A stretch of DNA of 64,000 bases from Sulfuritalea sp. (lineage in GTDB: Bacteria > Pseudomonadota > Gammaproteobacteria > Burkholderiales > Rhodocyclaceae): NCBI GenBank assembly GCA_023229685.1, contig JALNYT010000008.1, forward strand, positions 51,817-115,816, written 5' to 3'. The position numbers were made by a program, and so were the translations under genes. The notes under the pieces were generated by a model. That model saw nothing but the letters and a program-made list of their open reading frames with translations. It was not told where the DNA came from and made no database searches. This document shows positions 1 through 9,715 of this stretch, piece after piece (positions within the stretch are counted from its first letter, which is position 1; every line of letters starts with the position of its first letter).

Positions 1-189
1 CTGGCGTGGTTCTGGCTGTTGACGCGTTTTCTTGCGGGCCGGCTGCTGGTGTTCTCGTTCCTGACGCCCCTGTTTGGCGTCCTGTTCGGCATGCTGCTGA
101 TGGGCGACCAGCCCAGCCTGCATTTCTTCGTCGCCGCCGCGATGGTGGTGGGCGGTATCTTCCTGGTCAATCTGCCGGCGAAAAAGTGA
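1..189 (+). CDS. DMT/EamA-family transporter, C-terminal fragment (5' end outside window)
   Basis: Frame 1 is open from the window edge to TGA at 187-189. Hydrophobic TM segments (FSFLTPLFGVLFGMLLMGDQP...AAAMVVGGIFLVN) look like the second EamA repeat. Confidence 0.5.
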   Translation: MAWFWLLTRFLAGRLLVFSFLTPLFGVLFGMLLMGDQPSLHFFVAAAMVVGGIFLVNLPAKK

Positions 190-195
190 ACGACT

Positions 196-230
196 TATCC
201 CCCACCCCCTTTTCCAGGAAAAGGGGTGAC
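196..230. repeat. Palindromic REP-like element, family A, copy 1 (TATCCCCCACCCCCTTTTCCAGGAAAAGGGGTGAC)
   Basis: Near-identical elements occur at 35677-35713 and 36457-36493. The CCCCTTT/AAAGGGG arms can form a hairpin, and all copies end in GGTGAC. Confidence 0.6.
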
Positions 231-292
231 TACGGCTCGCTGTGCTCGCAGGCTCCTGGAGCGGCTGCCTTGGGGCGGCCCAGCGGCAAGCC

Positions 293-988
293 ATGAACCG
301 GACGCAGGCGTTTTCCCTGGGCCTGAGATCGGTCATGCCGATGTTGCTTGGCGTCGCGCCGTTTGGCGTGATCTACGGCGTCGTGGCGCTGCAAAGCGGC
401 ATTCCCGCCCTGGCGGCGATGGCCATGTCATCGGTTGTTTTTGCCGGTTCCGCGCAGTTCCTGCTGGCGCAACTGGTCGGCGCCGGTGCACCGCTGCTGC
501 TCACCGCGGGCGCGGTCGGCCTGGTGAATCTGCGCCACGCGCTTTACAGTGCCTCCGTCGCGCCGATGCTGGCGCATCTGCCGCGGCGCTGGAAAATCCT
601 CCTGGCGTATCTGCTGACCGACGAAGCCTATGCGGCGGCGATTCCGCACCTGATGGCGGTGAAGCCGGATTCGCCGCAGTCGGCACAGGCGCACTGGATT
701 CTGTTCGGTTCCGGCTTCGGCCTGTGGGCGGGCTGGCAGTTGGCGACGCTGGCGGGTGTGCTGATCGGCGCGCAACTGCCGGCGAACCTCGGCTTGGAAT
801 TTGCGCTGCCGCTGACCTTCATCGCCATCGTGGTGCCGATGATCGACAGCCGCGCGCGCATTGCTGCGGCATTGGCAGCAGCAGCGGGGGCTGTTGCCCT
901 TGCCGGCATGCCCTACAAGGTCGGCTTGTTCATTGCTGCCATGGCCGGCCTCGTCGCGGGCATTGCGATGCCGCGGAGGGTCAAATGA
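293..988 (+). CDS. azlC: AzlC-family branched-chain amino acid exporter subunit
   Basis: Polytopic membrane protein (GVAPFGVIYGVVALQSG...VFAGSAQF). It is followed by a small AzlD-like gene with a 4-nt overlap. The ATG at 293 was chosen within ORF 242..988. Confidence 0.75.
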   Translation: MNRTQAFSLGLRSVMPMLLGVAPFGVIYGVVALQSGIPALAAMAMSSVVFAGSAQFLLAQLVGAGAPLLLTAGAVGLVNLRHALYSASVAPMLAHLPRRWKILLAYLLTDEAYAAAIPHLMAVKPDSPQSAQAHWILFGSGFGLWAGWQLATLAGVLIGAQLPANLGLEFALPLTFIAIVVPMIDSRARIAAALAAAAGAVALAGMPYKVGLFIAAMAGLVAGIAMPRRVK

Positions 989-1296
989 ACCTCTGGTGGC
1001 TGATGCTGGTCTGCGGCGTGATCACTTTCGCCATTCGATATTCCTTCATCGCCGCCGAGGGACACTATCAACCTCCGACCTGGTTTCGCCGGCTGCTGCC
1101 GTTCGTGCCGATCGCCGCACTGATGGCGCTCACCGCGCCGGAACTGTTGCTGGTGCATGGCGAGATTGTTCTCGGCGGCAGCAATCCGCGCCTGTGGGCC
1201 GGTCTGGTGGCGATCATCGTTGCCGCGCTGTGGCGCAACACCCTGCTGACCATCGGCTGCGGTTTTCTGGCCCTGTACCTGCTGCAACGATCCTGA
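985..1296 (+). CDS. azlD: AzlD-family small membrane protein
   Basis: 103-aa hydrophobic protein (MNLWWLMLVCGVITFAIRYSF...), start overlapping the azlC stop. It is the 3' part of track ORF 226..1296. Confidence 0.7.
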   Translation: MNLWWLMLVCGVITFAIRYSFIAAEGHYQPPTWFRRLLPFVPIAALMALTAPELLLVHGEIVLGGSNPRLWAGLVAIIVAALWRNTLLTIGCGFLALYLLQRS

Positions 1297-1299
1297 CGC

Positions 1300-2502
1300 T
1301 CAGTCGATCCGGCAGCTGCGAAAGCCGACAAAAATGTCGTCGCGCTGTGGTTCGTAGTAGTTGCGATAGCGCGGGTTGCGCATGCGCGCGCGAGTGGCGA
1401 AGGAGCCGCCGCGTACGCTGCGGTGGGTATAAAAAAACGGTGCGGCGTATTCGGCGTAGGGGTCGGGGCTGAAGCCCGGATAGGGCGCAAACGCGCTGGC
1501 GGTCCATTCCCAGACCTGGTTGCCCCAGTTGAAGTTGGCGGCCTGCAGGGCGGCGTATTCCCACTCCGCTTCGCTCGGCAGGCGGCGGCCGGCCCAGCGA
1601 CACCAGGCCTCGGCTTCATGCGCCGTCAGGTGAATCACCGGCTGGGCTGGCGCCAGATCGACCCATGTCGCAAAGCGTCGCTGCTGCCAGACTCCATCCT
1701 TGCTGCGCCAGCAGCGCGGCATCACCTGGCCGCTGGCGGCGAGCCATGCCCGGCCGTCTTGCGACCACCACTGCGGCTGCCGGTAGCCGCCTGCCGCGAC
1801 GAACTCCAGGTAGTCTGAATTTCTCACCGGCGTCGCCGAAATCGTGAAGCCGTCGACGCGCTGCGGATGCGCCCACTTCTCGTTGTCGAAGACGAAGCCC
1901 TTGCCTGTCGGCGAACTGCCCATCTGGAATTCGCCCCCGGCCAATTCGATGTCGCCCGCGGGCGGCAGTTCGCCCAGTCCATCGGGGGCCGGCCAGGCCA
2001 GCGTCTGCCCGGTGTAATGAAAGGCCTCGCCGTGCATGTCCTCGTGGAACAGGGCCAGCCGGTGAAAGTAGAGCGCGGGATCGGTGTCCGGCAAAGCCCG
2101 CAAGGCACCCAGTGCAGCATCGAGCGTGTCTTGCAGGTAATGCCGAGTGGCATTCCAGTCGGGCAGATCGAGCAGCCAGCGGCTGTCATGCGGCACATGA
2201 CGCGAGTCGTACCAGCGGTCGGCATCGGGCAGGCGGGAAGGGCGGGGCGCCGCCGCTGCGCCCCGATAGCGCTGGCACCAGTACTCCATGAACCAGGCGA
2301 CGTGGCCGAGTTCCCATAGGGGCGGGTTGATGATGTCAAGGCAGGGAACCTGCAATGGAGCGGGCGGCCGGATGCCTTCGATGCTCACGCTGTCCGTCCA
2401 GGCCGAAAACTGGTCAAGAAGGCTGATCGTATAATCGCGCGCATCCTCCATTGCCTCGGCGAGCAGCCTTTTGTCCGCAGTTCTGAGATCCGGCGTGTCC
2501 AT
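1300..2502 (-). CDS. senA: EgtB-like DinB/FGE-sulfatase-domain C-S/C-Se bond-forming enzyme; by context selenoneine synthase SenA
   Basis: N-terminal DinB-like part (WELGHVAWFMEYW) and C-terminal FGE/sulfatase-modifying-factor part (RGGSFATRARMRNPRYRNYY). It is divergent from the senB-selD pair. Start is ambiguous (ATG at 2502 or 2526). Confidence 0.7.
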   Translation of the reverse strand: MDTPDLRTADKRLLAEAMEDARDYTISLLDQFSAWTDSVSIEGIRPPAPLQVPCLDIINPPLWELGHVAWFMEYWCQRYRGAAAAPRPSRLPDADRWYDSRHVPHDSRWLLDLPDWNATRHYLQDTLDAALGALRALPDTDPALYFHRLALFHEDMHGEAFHYTGQTLAWPAPDGLGELPPAGDIELAGGEFQMGSSPTGKGFVFDNEKWAHPQRVDGFTISATPVRNSDYLEFVAAGGYRQPQWWSQDGRAWLAASGQVMPRCWRSKDGVWQQRRFATWVDLAPAQPVIHLTAHEAEAWCRWAGRRLPSEAEWEYAALQAANFNWGNQVWEWTASAFAPYPGFSPDPYAEYAAPFFYTHRSVRGGSFATRARMRNPRYRNYYEPQRDDIFVGFRSCRID

Positions 2503-3457
2503 TACATCTTCTCCTTCCGTCGTCATTATCAGCCCGGCGCTGGCCAGTGCCAACAACGGCAACTGGCATACGGCGAAGCGCTGGGCGCGCTGCCTCGCAG
2601 GCAAGGCACGGGTGCGCATCGAGCGCGACTGGAGCGGCGCCGACGACGACCTGATGATCGCCCTGCATGCGCGACGTTCGGCCGCTGCGATCGCGGCGTT
2701 TGCCGCACGGTATCCGCAACGGCCGTTGGCGCTGGTGCTGACCGGAACCGATCTCTACCGAGACATTCGCGTCGATGAGTCGGCACAGCGTTCGCTGCTG
2801 CTGTCTGGCCGCCTGGTATTGCTGCAGGCGGAGGGGATCCATGAATTGTCGCCCGGGCAGGCGGCCAAGGCCATGGTCATCTACCAGTCGGCGCGGCCAC
2901 TGACGCCGGGCCGGCGCAGCCGGCGTTACTTCGATCTGGCGCTGGTGGGACATCAGCGGCCGGAGAAGGATCCGCTAACCGCTGTCCGCGCCCTGTTGAG
3001 CCTGCCCTCCGACCTGCCGGTGCGCCTGTTTCATGTCGGCGGCGCGCTGGATGCTGAATTGGCGCGCCAGGTGGCCCAGCTGGGCGCGCAGGACGGCCGC
3101 TACCACTGGCTCGGCGCCTTGTCGCAGCCGGCGACACGCCAGCGCATCAAGCGTTGCCACCTGCTGCTGCTGCCCTCGCTGATGGAGGGTGGCGCCAACG
3201 TCCTGATCGAGGCCGTGACCAGCAGCGTGCCGGTCCTGGGCAGTGATATTCCCGGCAACCGGGGCATGCTCGGTGCCGACTATCCGGGCTGGTTTCCCGC
3301 CGGTGATGCGCAGCGACTGGCGCAACTGATCCTGGCGGCGGCGCGCGATCCGCAGTACTACGCGAACTTGTCCCGGCGCTGTGCCGAGCGGGTATCCTTG
3401 TTCACCCCGGCGCACGAATGCGCCGGAGTTTGCAGTCTTCTTGAAATGACACGGTAA
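2471..3457 (+). CDS. senB: SelD-associated glycosyltransferase (TIGR04348-type), selenosugar synthase SenB
   Basis: N-terminus VVIISPALASANNGNWHTAKRWARCL and GT-B C-terminal motif LLLPSLMEGGANVLIEA. It lies 8 nt upstream of selD. Start is TTG 2471 or GTG 2495. Confidence 0.7.
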   Translation: MSAVLRSGVSITSSPSVVIISPALASANNGNWHTAKRWARCLAGKARVRIERDWSGADDDLMIALHARRSAAAIAAFAARYPQRPLALVLTGTDLYRDIRVDESAQRSLLLSGRLVLLQAEGIHELSPGQAAKAMVIYQSARPLTPGRRSRRYFDLALVGHQRPEKDPLTAVRALLSLPSDLPVRLFHVGGALDAELARQVAQLGAQDGRYHWLGALSQPATRQRIKRCHLLLLPSLMEGGANVLIEAVTSSVPVLGSDIPGNRGMLGADYPGWFPAGDAQRLAQLILAAARDPQYYANLSRRCAERVSLFTPAHECAGVCSLLEMTR

Positions 3458-3465
3458 TCGACACA

Positions 3466-4530
3466 ATGAATTCCCCGAAACTTTCCTCTTCCCCGGTCCG
3501 GCTGACGAGTTTCAGCCATGGCGGCGGCTGCGGCTGCAAGGTTGCGCCCGGCGTCCTGTCGGAAATCTTGCGCGGTGCGCGCGGCTTTCCGGTGCCGAAA
3601 GAACTCATGGTCGGCATTGAAACCGCCGATGACGCCGCGGTGTATCGCCTCAACGACGAGCAGGCCCTGATCGCCACCACCGATTTTTTCATGCCCATCG
3701 TTGATGATCCCTACGACTTCGGCCGCATCGCCGCGACCAATGCGATCAGCGACGTGTATGCCATGGGCGGCACGCCGATCATGGCGCTGGCCCTGGTCGG
3801 CATGCCGCTCGACAAGTTGCCGCTAGAGGTCATCGGCAAGATTCTGGAGGGCGGCGAAAGCGTCTGCGCCGCCGCAGGCATTCCCATCGCCGGGGGCCAC
3901 ACCATCGATTCCGTGGAGCCGATCTATGGCCTGGTAGTGATGGGCCTGGTGCATCCCGACCGGGTGAAGACCAATGCCGGAGCGCGGCCCGGCGACGTGC
4001 TGATCCTGGGCAAGCCACTCGGCGTCGGCGTGCTGTCGGCGGCCCTGAAGAAGGGCGCGCTGGACGCCGCCGGCTATGACGCGATGATCGCCAGTACGAC
4101 CAAGCTGAACACGCCGGGCAGGCACCTCGCGCATTTGGCCGGCGTACATGCCCTGACCGATATCACGGGCTTCGGCCTCCTCGGCCATCTGCTCGAGGTC
4201 TGCCGCGGGGCCAAGCTGGCGGGATTTCTCGACATGGGGAGGATTCCCATGCTGGCCGAGGTCGAGCAACTGGCGACGGCAGGCTACATAACCGGAGCCT
4301 CGGCGCGCAACTGGATGGCCTATGGGGACGACGTCGCGCTGGATGCGGCGATCACGCTTACGCAGCGTGCGCTGCTGACCGATCCGCAGACCAGCGGCGG
4401 CCTGCTGGTGGCCTGTGAGTCGGCGGCAGTCGATGAGGTGCTGAACGTGTTTCGCACCGATGGCTTCGCCGCGGCAGCCGTGATCGGGCGTCTCGAGTCG
4501 GGGCCGGCCCGGGTGACAGTGGCCGCCTGA
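3466..4530 (+). CDS. selD: Selenide, water dikinase (selenophosphate synthetase) SelD/SenC, Cys-type
   Basis: N-terminal SFSHGGGCGCKV active-site loop and an AIR-synthase-like fold (DDAAVY...TTDFF...ISDVYAMGG). Confidence 0.9.
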   Translation: MNSPKLSSSPVRLTSFSHGGGCGCKVAPGVLSEILRGARGFPVPKELMVGIETADDAAVYRLNDEQALIATTDFFMPIVDDPYDFGRIAATNAISDVYAMGGTPIMALALVGMPLDKLPLEVIGKILEGGESVCAAAGIPIAGGHTIDSVEPIYGLVVMGLVHPDRVKTNAGARPGDVLILGKPLGVGVLSAALKKGALDAAGYDAMIASTTKLNTPGRHLAHLAGVHALTDITGFGLLGHLLEVCRGAKLAGFLDMGRIPMLAEVEQLATAGYITGASARNWMAYGDDVALDAAITLTQRALLTDPQTSGGLLVACESAAVDEVLNVFRTDGFAAAAVIGRLESGPARVTVAA

Positions 4531-4534
4531 ACCT

Positions 4535-5536
4535 TTATCCGGCCCGGCGGGCGAAAAACAGCGCAAACCAGGCGCGCGGGTCGGTCCATAGCTGAATGTC
4601 GGCAAACCCCGCCGATGCCAGCAGGGCCGTGAACCCTTGCGGCGAATACTTATACGAGTTCTCGGTGTGAATTCGCTCGCCGGCGGCGAAATGCCGGAGG
4701 CTGCGGCCGGCGGCATCCGGCCAGCTCGCGCTGAGTGCGCGACGGGCCTTCAGGTACATTTCGATGCGGGTCTCGACGGCGTTATAAAAAGCCACGTGCT
4801 GCCAGTCGCCGATGTCGAAATCGGCGTCGAGCCGGGCATTGACGTGCCGCAGCAGGTTGCGGTTGAAGGCGGCGGTGACGCCCAGTTGATCGTCGTAGGC
4901 TGCGTCCAGCAGCGCATGGTCCTTGATCAGATCGACGCCGATCAGCAAGCCGCCAGAGGAGTCCATCTGCGCGGCCAGCCGCTGCAGAAAGAGGCCGGCT
5001 TCGGGCGGGCTGAAGTTGCCGATGCTGGAGCCGGGATAGAAGAACATGCGCCGCTCCGGCGGCAACTCGTCGGGCAGCTGGAGTTCATGAGTGAAGTCGA
5101 GTCCGATGCCCATCATTTCGATCGCCGGCAGTTCGCGTTGCAGGTGCTGCAGCGAATCGCGCAGGAAATCGACCGAAATATCCACCGCGACATAGCGCGT
5201 GGGAAGCACTCCGGCGTGGAAAAGTTTGCCGGCCTTGACGCAGCTGCCGCAACCGAGGTCGATCAGCGTGAAGTCTTCGCCCAACGCCTGCCGGATGGCC
5301 GGCAGATGCTCGATGAAGATGGCGGCTTCGGTACGGGTCGGGTAGTACTCGGGCAGTTCGGTAATCGCCTCGAACAGACGTGAGCCGAGCGCGTCGTAGA
5401 AGAACTTCGGCGCAATGTACGCCTGCGGCTGCAGCAGTCCGGCGGCCAGTTCCCGGCGCAAACCGGCGTTCTGCTGCGGCGAATCCCAGTCGAGAATCTG
5501 ATGCAGTCTGACTTGGGGCGGCATTTTAGAGCCCAC
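4535..5536 (-). CDS. egtD: L-histidine N-alpha-methyltransferase EgtD (hercynine synthase)
   Basis: Motifs KFFYDALGSRLFEAITELPEYYPTRTE...LIDLGCGS...YNAVETRIEMYL...IHTENSYKY are typical of EgtD. Confidence 0.85.
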   Translation of the reverse strand: MGSKMPPQVRLHQILDWDSPQQNAGLRRELAAGLLQPQAYIAPKFFYDALGSRLFEAITELPEYYPTRTEAAIFIEHLPAIRQALGEDFTLIDLGCGSCVKAGKLFHAGVLPTRYVAVDISVDFLRDSLQHLQRELPAIEMMGIGLDFTHELQLPDELPPERRMFFYPGSSIGNFSPPEAGLFLQRLAAQMDSSGGLLIGVDLIKDHALLDAAYDDQLGVTAAFNRNLLRHVNARLDADFDIGDWQHVAFYNAVETRIEMYLKARRALSASWPDAAGRSLRHFAAGERIHTENSYKYSPQGFTALLASAGFADIQLWTDPRAWFALFFARRAG

Positions 5537-5537
5537 T

Positions 5538-6248
5538 TTAGTCGGCCAGTAGCAGAAACACGGTAGGGCGCTTTTCCAGGTCCGGCGGCGTGGCCGTTTT
5601 CCAGTCGGCGATGCGACGTGTGGCGATTTGCTCGCTGGCCAGCGTCAGGTCGGTCGCTAGGCAAAGCCGCGTTTTCGGCCGGCAGTTCAGCAGCAGTGCG
5701 GCAAACAGGGCGCGGTTCCGGTACGGGGTTTCGATGAATATCTGGGTTTGCTGCAGACGCGCCGATTCCTTTTCCAGTTCGGCGATGCGGCTGCCGCGCT
5801 CCGGTTCGCGCGCCGGCAGGTAGCCGTGAAAGGCGAAGCGCTGGCCGTCCAGGCCGGAGGCCATCAGGGCCAGCAGCAACGAGGAAGGGCCCACCAGCGG
5901 CCTGACGCTGAGCCCCAGTTCGTGGGCGCGGCGCACCAGCAAGGCGCCGGGATCGGCCACCGCGGGGCAGCCCGCTTCGGACATCAGACCGATGTCGTGG
6001 CCTGCGCGCAGCGGCGCCAGCAGGCGCTCGATGTCAGCCGGCGTGGGTGTCGCAGGCAACTGCTCGATCGCCAGTTCGCGCAAGGGCAGGGGATGGGCGA
6101 TGCGCTTGAGCTCGGCGCGCGCCGTCTTGGCGTTTTCGGCGACAAAACGGGTCAGCCGGCAGGCGGCCTCACGGGTGGTGGCCGGCAAATAATTTTGCCA
6201 AGGAGTGTCGCCGAGGGCGACGGGCAACAGCCAGAGCGTGCCGGACAT
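5538..6248 (-). CDS. SAM-dependent tetrapyrrole-methylase-fold methyltransferase (RsmI paralogue)
   Basis: LWLLPVALGD...GLMSEAGCPAVADPG...GPSSLLLALMASGL pattern of the RsmI/YraL family. Confidence 0.65.
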   Translation of the reverse strand: MSGTLWLLPVALGDTPWQNYLPATTREAACRLTRFVAENAKTARAELKRIAHPLPLRELAIEQLPATPTPADIERLLAPLRAGHDIGLMSEAGCPAVADPGALLVRRAHELGLSVRPLVGPSSLLLALMASGLDGQRFAFHGYLPAREPERGSRIAELEKESARLQQTQIFIETPYRNRALFAALLLNCRPKTRLCLATDLTLASEQIATRRIADWKTATPPDLEKRPTVFLLLAD

Positions 6249-6268
6249 CGGCTAGCGGTAGACGCCGG

Positions 6269-6850
6269 TCATGGCAGTGCGACACCTTCGGCGCGAAGCA
6301 TGTTGCACAGGGCAATCAGTGGCAGGCCCACCAATGCGTTGGGGTCGTCGCCGCGCAGGTAGGCGAGCAGGGAAATGCCCAAGCCCTCGGACTTGGCGCT
6401 GCCGGCACAGCTGAGGGCGTCTTCCCGGTCCAGATAGGACTCGATTTCGGCATCGGTCAGGTCGCGAAAGCCGACATGAGTGTCGACGCAACACAGTTGC
6501 ACCCGGTTGGCGGCACTGTTGAGCAGGCACAGCCCGGTATGGAAGACCACCTCTTTTCCACGCATCAGGCGCAACTGGGCGATGGCATTCTCGCGGCTCC
6601 CCGGTTTGCCGAAGCGTTCGCTGCCGTTGGCGGCGACCTGATCCGAGCCGATAATCAGTGCCTCGGGATAGTGCTGCGCCACGGCGCGGGCCTTGGCCTC
6701 GGCCAGGCGTTGTGCGGTGGCGGCGGGCGCTTCGCCCGGTAGGGCGGACTCGTCGGTTTCGGGCACGGCCGTCTCGAAGGGGATCTGCAGGCGGGCCAGA
6801 AGTTCGCGGCGGAAGGGGGAGGTCGAGGCAAGAACGACGAGGCGAGGCAT
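6269..6850 (-). CDS. Maf-like nucleoside triphosphate pyrophosphatase (YceF type)
   Basis: [21 protein letters not shown]...IIGSDQV...GKP motifs. It is divergent from yceD-rpmF, as in many proteobacteria. Confidence 0.85.
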   Translation of the reverse strand: MPRLVVLASTSPFRRELLARLQIPFETAVPETDESALPGEAPAATAQRLAEAKARAVAQHYPEALIIGSDQVAANGSERFGKPGSRENAIAQLRLMRGKEVVFHTGLCLLNSAANRVQLCCVDTHVGFRDLTDAEIESYLDREDALSCAGSAKSEGLGISLLAYLRGDDPNALVGLPLIALCNMLRAEGVALP

Positions 6851-6896
6851 GTTTCAGACTTGAAAAGACAGGGCCGGGCATGATAACATTCACGGT

Positions 6897-7415
6897 TTGT
6901 CGCGCGAGCACCTGTCCGTGTCTGATTCAATTGCCGGAACAGTTATAGACTGTCTTGAGTTCGCGCGCAGTGGTGGTGTGCTGGATCGTAGCGTCGGCTT
7001 GGGTGAATTGCCGCGTCTGGCAGACCTGCTGACCACAACGGCAGGCGTCTTGTCGGTTCGGCTGGAAGGATGGCGGGACGAGCAAGGCAAGTCGTGGTTG
7101 CAACTGGATATCGCCGGCGAGCCGGTACTGCGTTGCCAGCGTTGTCTTGGCGGCGTCAAGTTCCCGCTGAGTATCCGTAGTCGGCTGCAACTGATAGCGC
7201 CGGGCGAGGATTGGCCGGACGATGATCTGGTCGATGACGATGCAGATGCCATCGAAGCCGAAGCGGCGTTGGCCGTGCTGCCGTTGATTGAGGATGAAGT
7301 GTTGCTGGCGCTGCCTATCGCGCCGCGGCATGAGCAGTGCGAGGCGCCGTCGGCGAATGCAAGCGTACCTGGATCATCGCCGTTCGCGGCGCTGGTCGCT
7401 TTGAAGAAGCATTGA
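6897..7415 (+). CDS. yceD: YceD/DUF177 large-subunit rRNA accumulation protein
   Basis: Position directly upstream of rpmF. CQRCLG Cys pair and an acidic C-terminal half. Start is uncertain (TTG 6897). Confidence 0.75.
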   Translation: MSREHLSVSDSIAGTVIDCLEFARSGGVLDRSVGLGELPRLADLLTTTAGVLSVRLEGWRDEQGKSWLQLDIAGEPVLRCQRCLGGVKFPLSIRSRLQLIAPGEDWPDDDLVDDDADAIEAEAALAVLPLIEDEVLLALPIAPRHEQCEAPSANASVPGSSPFAALVALKKH

Positions 7416-7431
7416 AACAAGGAGTAGCGAA

Positions 7432-7611
7432 ATGGCTGTGCAACAAAACAAGAAATCCCCGTCGAAGCGCGGCATGCGCCGCGCACATGATTTTCTGACC
7501 AACCCGCCGCTGGCCGTCGAAGCGACCACGGGTGAAGTTCACCTGCGCCACCATATCTCGCCGTCCGGCGTGTATCGCGGCAAGAAGCTTCTAAAGGCCA
7601 AGGGCGAATAA
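7432..7611 (+). CDS. rpmF: 50S ribosomal protein L32
   Basis: 59-aa ORF missing from the track (below its length cut-off): [22 protein letters not shown]... Confidence 0.9.
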   Translation: MAVQQNKKSPSKRGMRRAHDFLTNPPLAVEATTGEVHLRHHISPSGVYRGKKLLKAKGE

Positions 7612-7627
7612 TTCACTTTGTTAAAAA

Positions 7628-7661
7628 CGGCCGGATGCGTGTTGCGCATCCGGCCGTTTTT
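7628..7661 (+). terminator. Rho-independent terminator after rpmF
   Basis: Perfect 12-bp stem CGGCCGGATGCG / CGCATCCGGCCG, 5-nt loop, followed by TTTTT. Confidence 0.75.
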
Positions 7662-7691
7662 ATATAAAGCGCCCCGGAAAATCTCTGAGCG

Positions 7692-8717
7692 ATGGCGATC
7701 ACCCTCGCGGTGGATTGTATGGGCGGCGACCACGGTCCGTCGGTGACGCTGCCCGCCGTCTTTGAATTCCTGCGTCATGACACCGACTGCACCGCCATTC
7801 TGGTCGGCCGCGAGGAGCTCTTGCGCCCGCAGGCGGAGCGCGCGACGGCCGAATTCGGCAGCCGGTTGTCGATCCGCCATGCCTCGGAAATGGTCGAAAT
7901 GGACGAGGCAGTGGCCAGTGCGCTGCGCGGCAAGAAGGATTCTTCGATGCGCGTGGCCGTGGATCTGGTCAAGGACGGTGCGGCCAATGCCGCGGTGTCC
8001 GCCGGCAACACCGGCGCCTTGATGGCCGTGTCGCGGTTTGTGCTGAAAACCCTGCCCGGAATTGACCGGCCGGCCATCTGTTCCGTCCTGCCGTCGCAGC
8101 GCGGGAATACCTATGTGCTGGACCTTGGCGCCAATGTCGATTGCAGTCCGGAGCACTTGCTGCAGTTCGGCATCATGGGCTCGCTGCTGGTGTCGGCGCT
8201 GGAGCACAAGGAGCGGCCGACAGTGGCCCTGCTGAATATCGGCGAAGAAGCGATCAAGGGCAATGAGGCGGTGAAGCGTGCGGGGGAGTTGCTGCGTGCC
8301 AGCGATCTCAATTTCATCGGCAACGTCGAGGGCAACGACATCTTCAAGGGCACCGCCGACGTGGTGGTGTGCGACGGCTTTGTCGGCAATGTGACGCTGA
8401 AGGCGGTCGAAGGCCTGGCGCATATGATCGGCGGCGCGATGAAGGAAGAATTTTCGCGCAACATTTTGACCAAACTGGCAGCCTTGATGGCCATGCCCAT
8501 TTTGAAATCCTTTCGCCAGCGGTTTGATCCCCGACGTTACAACGGCGCCAGCCTGCTGGGTCTCCGGGGCATCGTAGTCAAGAGCCACGGCTCGGCCGAC
8601 CAGCTGGCTTTCCGCTTCGCGCTGGAGCAGGCCGCCGAGGAAGCCCGGCAGCGCCTGCCGGAAGCCATTGCCGCACGCATGGCCGCCGCCCTGCCAGCGC
8701 CGACTCTTTGCGATTGA
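7692..8717 (+). CDS. plsX: Phosphate acyltransferase PlsX
   Basis: [11 protein letters not shown]...[10 protein letters not shown]...VKSHG motifs and rpmF-plsX-fabH synteny. Confidence 0.9.
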   Translation: MAITLAVDCMGGDHGPSVTLPAVFEFLRHDTDCTAILVGREELLRPQAERATAEFGSRLSIRHASEMVEMDEAVASALRGKKDSSMRVAVDLVKDGAANAAVSAGNTGALMAVSRFVLKTLPGIDRPAICSVLPSQRGNTYVLDLGANVDCSPEHLLQFGIMGSLLVSALEHKERPTVALLNIGEEAIKGNEAVKRAGELLRASDLNFIGNVEGNDIFKGTADVVVCDGFVGNVTLKAVEGLAHMIGGAMKEEFSRNILTKLAALMAMPILKSFRQRFDPRRYNGASLLGLRGIVVKSHGSADQLAFRFALEQAAEEARQRLPEAIAARMAAALPAPTLCD

Positions 8718-8727
8718 TGGAGGTCCG

Positions 8728-9699
8728 ATGACGATCCACACACGAATCAGCGGCACCGGCAGTTATCTGCCCGGCGAACCGATTGGCAACGCGGCCTTGA
8801 TCGCTGCACACGGACTCGAATCGTCCGACGAGTGGATTGTCGAGCGTACCGGCATCCGCAGTCGGCATCTCGCCGCGGCAGGTGTCGCCAGCAGCGATTT
8901 GGCGCTGGAAGCCAGCCGGCGCGCTCTGCAAGCCGCCGGGCGCAAGGCTGAGGAAGTTGATCTCATCATCCTCGCGACCTCGACGCCAGATTACGTTTTC
9001 CCCAGTTCGGCCGCCTTGCTGCAAAGCAAGCTCGGCATCACCAATGGCGCACCGGCCTTCGATGTACAGGCCGTATGCAGCGGCTTCGTCTATGCCATGA
9101 CGATTGCCGAGAAATTCATTCGCTCCGGTTCGCACAAGTGCGCGCTGGTAGTGGGCGCCGAGGTGTTCTCGCGCATCCTCGACTGGAAGGACCGCGGTAC
9201 CTGCGTCCTGTTTGGCGATGGCGCGGGCGCCGTGGTGCTGGAGGCGTCGGAGCAACCCGGTCTGCTGGCCAGCGCAATCCACGCCGACGGCAGCTATCAC
9301 GGCATTCTTTCGGTGCCGGGCCAGGTGTCAGGTGGGGTGGTCACCGGCGATCCCTTCCTGCGCATGGATGGGCCGGCCGTGTTCAAGTTCGCAGTCAAGG
9401 TGCTGGCCGACGTCGCGCATGAAGTGCTGGCGACGGCAGGCATGACGGTGGGGCAGGTGGACTGGCTGATTCCACATCAGGCCAACGTGCGCATCCTGCA
9501 GGCCACGGCGAAGAAACTCCACATACCACCCGAAAATTGCATTGTTACCGTGGCACAGCACGGCAACACGTCGTCCGCGTCGATTCCTCTGGCGCTCGAC
9601 GAATCGGTGCGCGCCGGTCGTATTCAGCGCGGCCAGCATCTGTTGCTGGAGGGCGTTGGCGGCGGCTTCACCTGGGGCGCGACCCTGCTCCGGTTCTGA
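8728..9699 (+). CDS. fabH: 3-oxoacyl-ACP synthase III FabH
   Basis: ISGTGSYLP...[14 protein letters not shown]...HQAN...GNTSSASIP catalytic motifs. The ATG at 8728 was chosen inside ORF 8668..9699. Confidence 0.9.
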   Translation: MTIHTRISGTGSYLPGEPIGNAALIAAHGLESSDEWIVERTGIRSRHLAAAGVASSDLALEASRRALQAAGRKAEEVDLIILATSTPDYVFPSSAALLQSKLGITNGAPAFDVQAVCSGFVYAMTIAEKFIRSGSHKCALVVGAEVFSRILDWKDRGTCVLFGDGAGAVVLEASEQPGLLASAIHADGSYHGILSVPGQVSGGVVTGDPFLRMDGPAVFKFAVKVLADVAHEVLATAGMTVGQVDWLIPHQANVRILQATAKKLHIPPENCIVTVAQHGNTSSASIPLALDESVRAGRIQRGQHLLLEGVGGGFTWGATLLRF

Positions 9700-9715
9700 A
9701 ATCGAGAGACTCGAC

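Noticed and set aside
226-1296. 356-aa plus-strand ORF spanning azlC and azlD
   Set aside because: Its first two thirds are an out-of-frame Arg/Gly-rich read through azlC. Only the last 103 codons (azlD) look like a real protein.
3466-4530. Possible selenocysteine (TGA) codon in SelD
   Set aside because: The active-site loop is encoded GGC TGC GGC TGC AAG (GCGCK). It is a Cys-type enzyme with no in-frame TGA.
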